56,164 nucleotides of DNA from Elainellaceae cyanobacterium (GTDB lineage Bacteria; Cyanobacteriota; Cyanobacteriia; CAZCXK01): contig JBNPEG010000062.1 in assembly GCA_051117555.1 (NCBI GenBank), positions 1 to 56,164 of the forward strand, in the 5' to 3' direction. Below the pieces are notes generated by a model that was given only the letters and a program-made list of their open reading frames with translations, did no database searches and was not told the origin of the DNA. A program made the position numbers and the translations under genes. This document shows, in pieces, positions 1 to 8,379 of the stretch. How positions within the stretch are numbered: position 1 is the stretch's first letter; every line of letters starts with the position of its first letter.

Positions 1-126
1 TGTTTGCTCGGATTCGCGGCTATATTGCAACCCTCAAGAAGCAAGGACTCAATGTTTTAGATGCCCTCAAGCAAGTCTTTTTGGGCAATCCAACGATGCC
101 GACTATGCTTCAACCTAAGTAGTTAC
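1..126 (+). mobile_element. 3' end of an IS66-family (ISBst12-like) element: transposase C-terminus (<3..122) plus right end
   Basis: Frame 3 reads FARIRGYIATLKKQGLNVLDALKQVFLGNPTMPTMLQPK*, a typical IS66 TnpC C-terminus. It is followed by GTTAC (122-126), matching IS66 GTAA...TTAC termini. Confidence 0.8.
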
Positions 127-236
127 AATGTTTCAGAATAATGCAAGCAATGATTCTTAACTGTTATTTCCCCTAAGTTCACTACAGTATGGCTAACACT
201 CACAAAAAAATCCATTAATTTTCTTAAAAGCTATTC

Positions 237-287
237 CTACGGTTGTTTTCTTTTACACCTTCGGTTATCCTCCGTCCTTAAGTGCTC
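237..287 (+). promoter_or_regulatory. 51-bp direct repeat, copy 1, containing a sigma70-type promoter
   Basis: 47/51 identical to 941-991; TTGTTT(243-248)-N17-TATCCT(266-271). Confidence 0.6.
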
Positions 288-437
288 TAGAGAGAATCTT
301 ACAATGCGATCGCCATCTTGTAGGGCGCATCATGACGCACCTGCAAACATGTATCACTATAATCAAAACGTTTGCTGAACATACAAGCGTCATAAAATAG
401 TGCGTTTGCTTAACAGCAAAGCACCCTTCCCTGCTGT

Positions 438-731
438 AAAGAGTCTCCGCATCTCTCTGGAGAGGCTCTGAACCTGCTTAAAGACTCTCCGAACTTCTCT
501 AGAGAGTGTTTGAGATTGTCCAGAGAGTCTCTGAACCTCTTTAAAGAGCCTCTGAATCTCTTTAAAGAGTCTCTGAACCTCTTTAAAGAGTCTCTGAGAT
601 TGTTTAAAGAGTCTTGGAACCTCTTTAAAGAGTCTCTAGGATTGTCTAGAGAGTCTTGGAACTTCTTTAAAGAGTCTCTGAGAGTGTCTAGAGAGTGTCT
701 GTATCTCTTTAAAGAGCCTCTAGACGTGATC
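438..731. repeat. Tandem array of ~14 degenerate 21-bp quasi-palindromic units (consensus AAAGAGTCTCTGAACCTCTTT)
   Basis: Units read directly at 438, 459, 480 ... 711. Open frames give heptads on both strands (KESLNLF / RDSLKRF). Confidence 0.95.
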
Positions 732-940
732 GAGCGGAGGCTGGCTCGATCGCACTCCATATCAAAACGGATTAAACAGGTGCTGGGTCTGCTTTAGGGC
801 GACGATTGCTAATCGACTTAAACCGTTCGCCCAACGGGTCAGCACGCTCTTAAGACTAGTAGCGCGTAGGATACATCACGACGCACCTTTGATATGTGCG
901 ATCGCCCACCCCCATCCGCTACATTTTTCAAAAATCATCA

Positions 941-991
941 CTACGGTTGTTTTCTTTTACACCTTGGGTTATCCTCTGTGCTTAAGCGCTC
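941..991 (+). promoter_or_regulatory. 51-bp direct repeat, copy 2; promoter of the structured RNA/leader
   Basis: TTGTTT(947-952)-N17-TATCCT(970-975) directly upstream of the structured element. Confidence 0.65.
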
Positions 992-1146
992 AAACGAGCG
1001 GCGCTCCCTAGAAGTGGTGACGCACGACTAGGAAGCTAATCCCCCACTGTTAGCACACAGTCGGAGACTACAGACCATGTTAATGCTCCTGTAGCCATCC
1101 TGCTTTGTCATGACAAAAAGTCGGGGTGGCTTTTTGTTTGAGCGCT
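985..1146 (+). ncRNA. Putative structured RNA / leader with symE-SymR-like architecture
   Basis: Ends pair (AGCGCTCAAAC 985-995 / GTTTGAGCGCT 1136-1146). Internal hairpins at 1003-1036, 1046-1061 and 1068-1094; terminator-like stem 1093-1131 followed by a T-run. Confidence 0.55.
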
Positions 1147-1148
1147 CC

Positions 1149-1248
1149 CATAGCTAAAGGCAGAAGGCAAAAGGCAAAAGGCAGAAAAAGCTGCTAATGG
1201 GTTGTTTCGGCCAATTAGGTTGTCCTAATGCATCTATCCCTTGCTATA
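1149..1248. repeat. ~100-bp (C/T)ATAGC...GCTATA-bounded element containing AGGCA(A/G)A heptamer repeats
   Basis: Termini match the other TATAGC/GCTATA elements in the window; AGGCAGA-AGGCAAA-AGGCAAA-AGGCAGA run. Confidence 0.5.
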
Positions 1249-1274
1249 TCGTTTACATAACAAGGAGCACATTC

Positions 1275-1511
1275 ATGATTTATCCTCCAAATCCGCCCGG
1301 TGGGGCGGACAGTTCGTCACGTCCCGATGATGAGCGTCATACCTTGCGGATTATTGCCGTCGGGTCGCTTACTGTTGTCAACCATCACATCATGCAGATG
1401 TTTCAACTGGGCTATGCCGAACCGGGCGAATGGTCAAAACCATTGCCTACCGTGAATCCGAATGAAGTGATGCGGATTCTTACCAAACGCGTCATGGGGA
1501 TTGGTAACTAA
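1275..1511 (+). CDS. Small conserved cyanobacterial hypothetical protein (78 aa)
   Basis: SD AAGGAG at 1262-1267. The motif GSxxxVxxxIxxxxxLGYAExGEWSxPLP...EVMRIL is recalled from a widespread cyanobacterial family. Confidence 0.8.
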   Translation: MIYPPNPPGGADSSSRPDDERHTLRIIAVGSLTVVNHHIMQMFQLGYAEPGEWSKPLPTVNPNEVMRILTKRVMGIGN

Positions 1512-1522
1512 ACCGGCAGATT

Positions 1523-1585
1523 AGATCCCCGGCTCCTTGATCGAAACTCACCAGGCTAGAGACTCACATTAGAAGCCGGGGATCT
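1523..1585. repeat. AGATCCCCGGCT...AGCCGGGGATCT inverted repeat (cyanobacterial intergenic hairpin / possible terminator)
   Basis: 12-bp perfect arms just after the stop of 1275-1511. Confidence 0.7.
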
Positions 1586-1866
1586 GTCAAACAAACTATT
1601 TGTCAAACCTGTCACTTTTTTTACCCGACACGCTTGATAATCTACATGAGCATTTCACCCAGTATGCCAACTCCGCTATAGTAATCAGACTGGCTGCGAT
1701 TATTTCATTGCCCCATCTAGGAGAGCGGTCTTTTTTGAGCATCGATTTCAAGCAGGGGCGCGTTAATGGCGAATGCCTTTATCAACTAACCGGGGTTTAC
1801 AAGTTGGGGTTTACAAGTACTTGAGCAATTCTGCGCTCTCAGCACTATCAACTAAGGATATTTGCG

Positions 1867-3117
1867 ATGACGACGACTCCCCTCACACCCCTTCAGCTTG
1901 ACGCAGTTCGCCAGCAGTTTCCTGCCTTATCAGGAGATTGGGTCTTTTTTGACAACGCCGGAGGGTCACAAACGTTACGAAGCGTAGTCGATCGCATTAG
2001 TGAATTTTTGCTCACCTCTGACGTGCAGCTTGGGGCATCCTACGGTGTTTCACAACTGGCAGGAGAACGGCTTGCCAAGGCGACTCAGGGCGTTGCCACG
2101 CTGATCAATGCGGCGGATGTGAGTGAGATAATCATGGGTTCCTCAACGACGCTACTGCTGCGAATTCTTTCATTGTGTCTGTCGCAAACGTTTAGCCCCG
2201 GTGATGAAGTCATTGTGACGAACTGCGACCATGAAGCTAATATTGGCGCGTGGGTTGACTTACAGAAGCACGGCATCATCGTCAAAACATGGCAAACCCA
2301 TCCGACCACGTTGACCTTAGATATCCATGATTTAGTAGACCTGCTTACGCCCCGCACTCGTTTAGTCGCGCTGACCCACGCCTCTAATATTTTGGGCACC
2401 ATCAACCCCATCCAAGAGATTGCTCGCATTGTACATGACCACGGTGCCATGATTTGCGTGGATGCAGTCGCCTATGCACCCCATCGACTCGTTGACGTGC
2501 AAGAGTTGGATGTTGATTTCTATGTCTTTAGTTTCTATAAGGTGTATGGCCCCCATCATGCCGTGATGTATGGCAAGCGGGAGCATCTACTCGCCATGCC
2601 GGGCATCAATCATTACTTCATCGACGACACTAATACGCCGTATAAGTTTCAACCCGGTAACGTCAACTATGAGCTGAGCTATGGCATGTTGGGATTGTGT
2701 GACTATTTGAGCGAGGTGGCGCAGATTCACTATGGCGATCGCACGGCTTCAACCCTACGTGGGCAGATGGTGCAAACCTTTGAACTGATCAGTGCCCATG
2801 AAGAAAGGCTGAGCGATCGCCTGCTCAGCTACCTCAACCAAAAGCCCAATGTGCGGATTATCGGCAATCCTAACCCCGATCAAGCTCAGCGAGTGCCCAC
2901 AATTTCCTTCATTATTGACGGGGTAGACAGCGCTACCATTCCACCCCAAATTGACCCGTACCACATCGGCATTCGCTATGGCGACTTCTATGCCAAGCGT
3001 CTCATTGAAGATTTGGGGCTAGCAAGTCAGAATGGCGTCGTTCGGGTGAGCATGGTGCACTACAACACGCTTGAAGAAGTCGATCGGCTTATTGATCATT
3101 TGGATTCTATTATTTAG
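1867..3117 (+). CDS. Cysteine desulfurase-like PLP-dependent class V aminotransferase
   Basis: FFDNAGGSQ, DHEANI, VDAVAYAPH, FSFYKVYGPH (PLP Lys), VRVSMVHYN. Confidence 0.9.
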   Translation: MTTTPLTPLQLDAVRQQFPALSGDWVFFDNAGGSQTLRSVVDRISEFLLTSDVQLGASYGVSQLAGERLAKATQGVATLINAADVSEIIMGSSTTLLLRILSLCLSQTFSPGDEVIVTNCDHEANIGAWVDLQKHGIIVKTWQTHPTTLTLDIHDLVDLLTPRTRLVALTHASNILGTINPIQEIARIVHDHGAMICVDAVAYAPHRLVDVQELDVDFYVFSFYKVYGPHHAVMYGKREHLLAMPGINHYFIDDTNTPYKFQPGNVNYELSYGMLGLCDYLSEVAQIHYGDRTASTLRGQMVQTFELISAHEERLSDRLLSYLNQKPNVRIIGNPNPDQAQRVPTISFIIDGVDSATIPPQIDPYHIGIRYGDFYAKRLIEDLGLASQNGVVRVSMVHYNTLEEVDRLIDHLDSII

Positions 3118-3333
3118 ATCTGTGCCAATCGCTTAAAATCTGCGATTATATAGGCTATATCCACAGTCGCGGTGCCATTGCGAACTTGGAATATAGCGAG
3201 CCTGTATGAAATATGAGCAAGCAAGAGGCGCACTCTTGAAGCATTGGGAAGTTATTTCACAGATGATTCGGAACTTTGAACTTGAGAGCAATGCGAAGCG
3301 ACGTTATACGATCAGCCAATAACGCCTTGTGGA

Positions 3334-3430
3334 GGGGGTCTGGGGGACGTGCCCGTCCCCCAGCGGGGGTTTGGGGGCAAGCGCCCCCAAGTCGCATGGT
3401 TTTGACACGACCCAATTTTTTGTCGCGTCA
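3334..3430. repeat. G-rich multi-hairpin intergenic repeat
   Basis: CTGGGGGACG/CGTCCCCCAG, TTGGGGGC/GCCCCCAA and TTGACACGAC/GTCGCGTCAA stems. Confidence 0.7.
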
Positions 3431-3525
3431 AGGATATGTGTACAAGAAGAAAGCTGATTCTCCCAAACTCAAGATCACCTAGCCCAATTTGCTAAAGTAT
3501 CGGTTGACCCCCACCGGAGACCTGA

Positions 3526-5151
3526 ATGGGCAATCGTTCGCTTTATTCACTAGCACTTGGCATTATGTCATTCGCGTTCATCCTCCTGCCGACCCATGCA
3601 GCAGAACGCATCACCCTCACCTATGGCATTTGGGGGCGATCGCTGGCAATATCCGACCTAGACGCATTCGCTCAAGACGGCGCGCTAGAGGGCAGTGTGG
3701 GGCAATTTCTGTCTCGCCTAAGTCCTGAGCAGCAGGCTCAAATTCGAGAGGTGCTGCAAGCTCGCTACGACGTTGATCCGGTGATGGTGAGCCGCTTTTC
3801 GTATACGGCATCTGGTGAGCAGCTTTTACGGGAAATCGGCGAACTCGTCACCCCACCATCTGGGCAAAACGGATGGTATGGACTGCGAGCCGCGCTAATC
3901 TTAGCCGCATCCGATCCAGACGGGCTGAGCATCCTCAATTTTCTCCGCCAGTATCCGACCGACATTCAGATTGATAGTCGTCAGGCGCTGCGTCAGGTTG
4001 AGCTATTTTCAACGCTCGTTGATGAAACCGAAGCGTGGATCGCTGAACTAGAGAAGCAAACTGAGGCGATCGCCTCTCGTGACGTCGTAACCGACCCCGA
4101 CCCACTGGCTGACTTGCGCCAACTAGGACGCGTTGATGCATCCGTGCAAACGCTCACCCTCTACGATGCCACGCGCGATCGCACCCTCGTAACTGATCTG
4201 TATCGTCCCAGTAGTTCTCGTTTAGAATCAGAAAAAATTCCCCTCATCGTGGTTTCAAACGGGCTGGGTGCCCGGCGCGATCGCTTCGATGATCTCGCCA
4301 ACTATTTAGCGTCGTATGGCTTTGCGGTGGCAATTCCTGATCATCCCGGCAGCGATCGCCAACGACTTCTAGACTTCTACAACGGGCTTCAGCGCGAAAA
4401 TTTTGAAGCCAACGAGTTCATTGATCGGCCACTCGATATTTCATTTCTACTCGATGAACTAGAAAAACGAAACGCGAATGAGTTTGATGCATCGCTTGAC
4501 CTACAGCGGGTTGGGCTATTTGGTTATTCCTTTGGTGGAACGACAGCCCTATCCTTAGCGGGGGCAGAGATCGATTTGAATCATTTAGAACGCGACTGCG
4601 AAACTCAGCCTGCTACTATCAATATTTCTTTGCTCTATCAATGTCGAGCCTTATCCGCATCGCGCACATCTACTCAGCTACGCGACGAGCGCATTCAAGC
4701 CATTTACGTCTTTGTGCCGTTTGGCAAAAGTCTGTTTGGTCCGGATGGGATGGCGCAGGTCGAAACGCCGATTATGTGGGAAGCCACTAATCAAGACATT
4801 CTCACTCCCCTAGTTATCGAGCAACTCCCCGCATTTCGTTGGCTGACTGGATCAGATAAGTATCTGGCAGTTGCCAATGGCTTACCCCACGCCCGGTTAA
4901 CCCTCGATGTCATCAATCGGCTCTCTAACCAAAATCTCGTCTGGGAGGATATCAAACCCATCACTCAGACCTACCATAATGTACTGAGTTTGATATTTTT
5001 TAAGGCCTATATCGCTCAAGAGGATCGCTATCGCCCGTACTTGCAAGCCTCCTATATTCAAGAGTTCGCAAATGATGCCTATCCCCTTAGTTTCGTGCGA
5101 TCGCTGCCAGACTATTCACTTGATGAATTATCAACCCCAAACACTGATTGA
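3526..5151 (+). CDS. DUF1400 + alpha/beta hydrolase, exported
   Basis: Signal peptide then AAERITLTYG (DUF1400-type N-terminus); PDHPGS; nucleophile elbow GYSFGG. Confidence 0.88.
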   Translation: MGNRSLYSLALGIMSFAFILLPTHAAERITLTYGIWGRSLAISDLDAFAQDGALEGSVGQFLSRLSPEQQAQIREVLQARYDVDPVMVSRFSYTASGEQLLREIGELVTPPSGQNGWYGLRAALILAASDPDGLSILNFLRQYPTDIQIDSRQALRQVELFSTLVDETEAWIAELEKQTEAIASRDVVTDPDPLADLRQLGRVDASVQTLTLYDATRDRTLVTDLYRPSSSRLESEKIPLIVVSNGLGARRDRFDDLANYLASYGFAVAIPDHPGSDRQRLLDFYNGLQRENFEANEFIDRPLDISFLLDELEKRNANEFDASLDLQRVGLFGYSFGGTTALSLAGAEIDLNHLERDCETQPATINISLLYQCRALSASRTSTQLRDERIQAIYVFVPFGKSLFGPDGMAQVETPIMWEATNQDILTPLVIEQLPAFRWLTGSDKYLAVANGLPHARLTLDVINRLSNQNLVWEDIKPITQTYHNVLSLIFFKAYIAQEDRYRPYLQASYIQEFANDAYPLSFVRSLPDYSLDELSTPNTD

Positions 5152-5231
5152 TCATTTGACACGGGTAATGAAATAGTCGCTATTGACTACTTCCGCAAAC
5201 AATGTGCAATGCATCAATTGCCTTGTACCCA

Positions 5232-8165
5232 CTATGGTCCTTCTCTATTGGTAGCCGCTTCCGCTTGTTGATAGGCAAATTCACTATTTTGGCGATACTG
5301 CTTCATTCGATCTTGAGCCACGTCATATCGCGGATCATCGTTCGAGACAGACGCCATGAGTTCAGAGGCTTGTTTCCACTGCACCGCCAAAACATACCAA
5401 TCTTCTGAACTTTGAGCGATTTCTCCTTCTGAAACGGCTTCCTGGTCAATTTGAACCGCCTCCGTAAACGGATCGTCTACTGTTGCAGAGCTGATTTGTG
5501 AATCATTGCCATCATTGGGACGGGTAGATATATCGGGAGCGATCGCCTCTAATGAGTCTCCACTCGTTGGCGTGGATGCGGTCCCAATCCAGCGGGTGTA
5601 TGCCATCCATCCAGCAATGCCAAATACGGCGGCTACTCCAAGCCCTGCAATCCACCATAGCCAGTGGGAAGACGCCCATGAAAGCGGAGAGGTATTCAAG
5701 GTCGCTACAAAATTATCAGACGTACTGTTGCCACCTAGAGGCGAAGCCATGGAAGAGGTTGGTCTCGCCAGCGTAGTAACCGGATTCAGCGGATGGGGCG
5801 ATCGCCCGTGAGAATTCCCGTTTTGAGAACTCCCGTTTTGAGAACTCCCATTTTGAGTCGATAGCGTCTCAGTCACCTGACCCTTGGAATAGGATGATGG
5901 GGTACGAGAATAGTAGTGTTGATAGTACCGATAATATCCATAACTGCGAGTCGTATGAGATTTTATACCATTGGCAATGATGCCCAGCACTGCTGCTGGA
6001 GTTAACTTGAGTTCGTCCAGTGCTCGTAACACGGCTGTGCGATCAGTTTGCCCCAGGCCAACTACTACAGCCATGCCGTCTGTATTGGCCGCTAATATGC
6101 TGCCATCGGCAAATCCCAGCAGAGGAGGCGTATCATAAATAACGAGATCAAAATGGTGGGTCACCTGGTCGCTGAGGTGTTTCATCCGCTGAGATGACAG
6201 CAATTTCACCGGATCGGGGGGCAACGGCCCGGCTGTCATCACAAACAGGTTGTCATCCACCTGCGATCGCTGAATGGCTTGATTGAGAGCCAACTGATCG
6301 GTAATCGCATTGCTCAATCCTCTAGCATTGGGCAAATTTAATCGGTCATGATGTTTGGGCGATCGCAAATCGGCATCCACTAGCAACACCCGATGCCCAA
6401 GCGTGGCAGCGGCCTTGGCCAAATTAAAGGCAACTGTTGATTTTCCTTCAGACGGAATGGCTGAGCTAATCACCAGCGATTGAATCGGGCGATCGGCACC
6501 GAGAAACCGGATATTGGTATGAAGCGAGCGAAACGACTCGGAAAATAGAGCGGTTCGAAAATCTCCGGCGTGGTTCGGCGAGACGCTTGATGGTTGAGGA
6601 GCCGCCGATCTAGAACCCGCCGCATGCAGGAGCTTTGCAAGCGCCTGAGTTGACTGCCCGTTTTGAAGGTTTGGCAAAAATGGGATAACTCCCAGAATCG
6701 GCAATTTTGTAAACGTTTTTAGGTCTTCGGGGGAATGAAACACATCGTCCAATTTTTCGATGAGCAGCGCTGCTGCGGTGCCTGCCAGTAGTCCAGCGAT
6801 CGCCCCTAGCATCAAATTTCTAGGCACATTCGGAGAAATCGGGGCTTGGGCGACGGAGGGATCTGCAATCAGTTCCCACGGCATCGACTTTTGTGCGGCA
6901 TCAATTTGCAGAGTCTCACGGGTTGCCAAAAATCGATTTAGACTTTCCGTCGCAATTTCAAGTTCGCGTTGCAAATCGGTGTATTGGCGAGCCAACTCTG
7001 GAACCAAATCAAATTCTTGCTTCAGGTCTTGCTCAACTCGTGACAAAGCTCGGTTACGGGCTTCTAGCATTTGAACCTGATTGGCCGCATTGATCAGTTG
7101 GCGGCTTAAATCAATTGAGGTTGCAGTCAATTGGGCATCGACGGGCGCTGTGAGGCGATCGCCCAAAATGCGGTTTGCCTCTTGAGTTAACAGGGGCAGC
7201 AGATTATCGCGCTGCTCTTCCAATGCCTGAATTTGGGGACTATCAGGCTGAAATCGAGTCGATTCGCTCGCAATTTGAGCCTCAATGTCTTGAATCTGGT
7301 TGAGCAGTGCTTGATATCGGGATGACTCGCTTAATGACGAGGCTGCGAGTGCCTCATCGGGTGAATAGCCAAGCTGACGTTGTAGATTGGCATAGAGCGA
7401 TCGCGCCTCGGTCAATTCGGCTTGGAGATCTTGCTGCTGCCCCTCTACAGAACTGAGGAGGGTAGAAAGCTCATCTCCCCGCAACTCAGGATCTAAGATG
7501 CTATATTCCTGCCGAAACCGTTCTAACCGAATTTGCAAATTGGTGACCCGGTCTTGCAGGTCAGGTAGCTGATCATTGACAAACTGAATGCCGTTTTGAA
7601 GGCTGGTTCGCTGCTGGTCAAAGCTGTAATTCAAATACTGCTCAGCGACTTCGCTTAAAACCGCGCGAATTTTCTCTGGGTCATGATCTCGATAGCTGAC
7701 TGCCAAGACCTTGGTTTCTCGCAGGCGAGTAATAAACAAGTTGTCTGCAAGAGACGCCGCATCCAGATCGGGATATGTTGCCTGAAGGCTTTCAGCAATG
7801 GGCTTCAGTAAAACTGGGCTCAGTAACACCTCGATTTGAGTATCATAATCAACCGTCGACTGGAGCCCAATTTGTTCATCCACTAACAGTTGCTGAGAAC
7901 GGTCTGCATCGTTAGCCGACTCAATCAACACCCGAAACTCACCCCGGTAAATAGGAGTTCGAGTGAGTGTCCATCCCCAGATGCCAGCGCTGACAACTGC
8001 TGCGACGCTAGCAATAATCCATCCCCGGCGACGAGCAATGTGTAGCAGATGAACGAGATTTAAATCGTCCGGCTCTGGACTGAGTGCTCTAGAGTCGATA
8101 GGAATCGGATAAGGCGGTATGTGGCCATTGTGATGAATTGGAGAATGGTCGGACTGAACTGGCAT
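5232..8165 (-). CDS. wzc: Wzc/GumC polysaccharide co-polymerase tyrosine autokinase with C-terminal extension
   Basis: Two TMs around a coiled-coil periplasmic part, Walker A PSEGKST, LVDADLR, YDTPP, Tyr cluster SYGYYRYYQHYY, then ~220 extra aa. Confidence 0.9.
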   Translation of the reverse strand: MPVQSDHSPIHHNGHIPPYPIPIDSRALSPEPDDLNLVHLLHIARRRGWIIASVAAVVSAGIWGWTLTRTPIYRGEFRVLIESANDADRSQQLLVDEQIGLQSTVDYDTQIEVLLSPVLLKPIAESLQATYPDLDAASLADNLFITRLRETKVLAVSYRDHDPEKIRAVLSEVAEQYLNYSFDQQRTSLQNGIQFVNDQLPDLQDRVTNLQIRLERFRQEYSILDPELRGDELSTLLSSVEGQQQDLQAELTEARSLYANLQRQLGYSPDEALAASSLSESSRYQALLNQIQDIEAQIASESTRFQPDSPQIQALEEQRDNLLPLLTQEANRILGDRLTAPVDAQLTATSIDLSRQLINAANQVQMLEARNRALSRVEQDLKQEFDLVPELARQYTDLQRELEIATESLNRFLATRETLQIDAAQKSMPWELIADPSVAQAPISPNVPRNLMLGAIAGLLAGTAAALLIEKLDDVFHSPEDLKTFTKLPILGVIPFLPNLQNGQSTQALAKLLHAAGSRSAAPQPSSVSPNHAGDFRTALFSESFRSLHTNIRFLGADRPIQSLVISSAIPSEGKSTVAFNLAKAAATLGHRVLLVDADLRSPKHHDRLNLPNARGLSNAITDQLALNQAIQRSQVDDNLFVMTAGPLPPDPVKLLSSQRMKHLSDQVTHHFDLVIYDTPPLLGFADGSILAANTDGMAVVVGLGQTDRTAVLRALDELKLTPAAVLGIIANGIKSHTTRSYGYYRYYQHYYSRTPSSYSKGQVTETLSTQNGSSQNGSSQNGNSHGRSPHPLNPVTTLARPTSSMASPLGGNSTSDNFVATLNTSPLSWASSHWLWWIAGLGVAAVFGIAGWMAYTRWIGTASTPTSGDSLEAIAPDISTRPNDGNDSQISSATVDDPFTEAVQIDQEAVSEGEIAQSSEDWYVLAVQWKQASELMASVSNDDPRYDVAQDRMKQYRQNSEFAYQQAEAATNREGP

Positions 8166-8279
8166 GGGTGCCCCCAAAAGATTTCGCCAAGAGAATATTC
8201 GGCGTTAATTCTGTTATCTTTTACAGGGCTATCGGGTCAAACCCGCATGGTTAATGAAATCCCTAACAAAAAATTAATC

Positions 8280-8372
8280 TATAGCCCTACGGGCTTAGGC
8301 TTGTGTGGTGAACCCGTGTGGCGCGCGGGTTCACCACACGTTCGGCATCCTAACGCGAGACATAAGGCTATA
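8280..8372 (+). mobile_element. MITE-like family A, copy 1
   Basis: TATAGCC...GGCTATA termini; central GTGTGGTGAACCCG/CGGGTTCACCACAC hairpin; homologous to 10152-10239 and 19967-20059. Confidence 0.8.
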
Positions 8373-8379
8373 TGATTAT

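Noticed and set aside
438..731. CRISPR array
   Set aside because: Units are contiguous 21-mers with no unique spacers, and there are no cas genes.
410..797. ORFs 410-760(-) and 510-797(+) as confident genes
   Set aside because: The open frames are explained by the stop-poor repeat; no clear RBS or family match.
1197..1274. Longer start for the small ORF
   Set aside because: It lies inside an inserted repeat; the SD supports ATG 1275.
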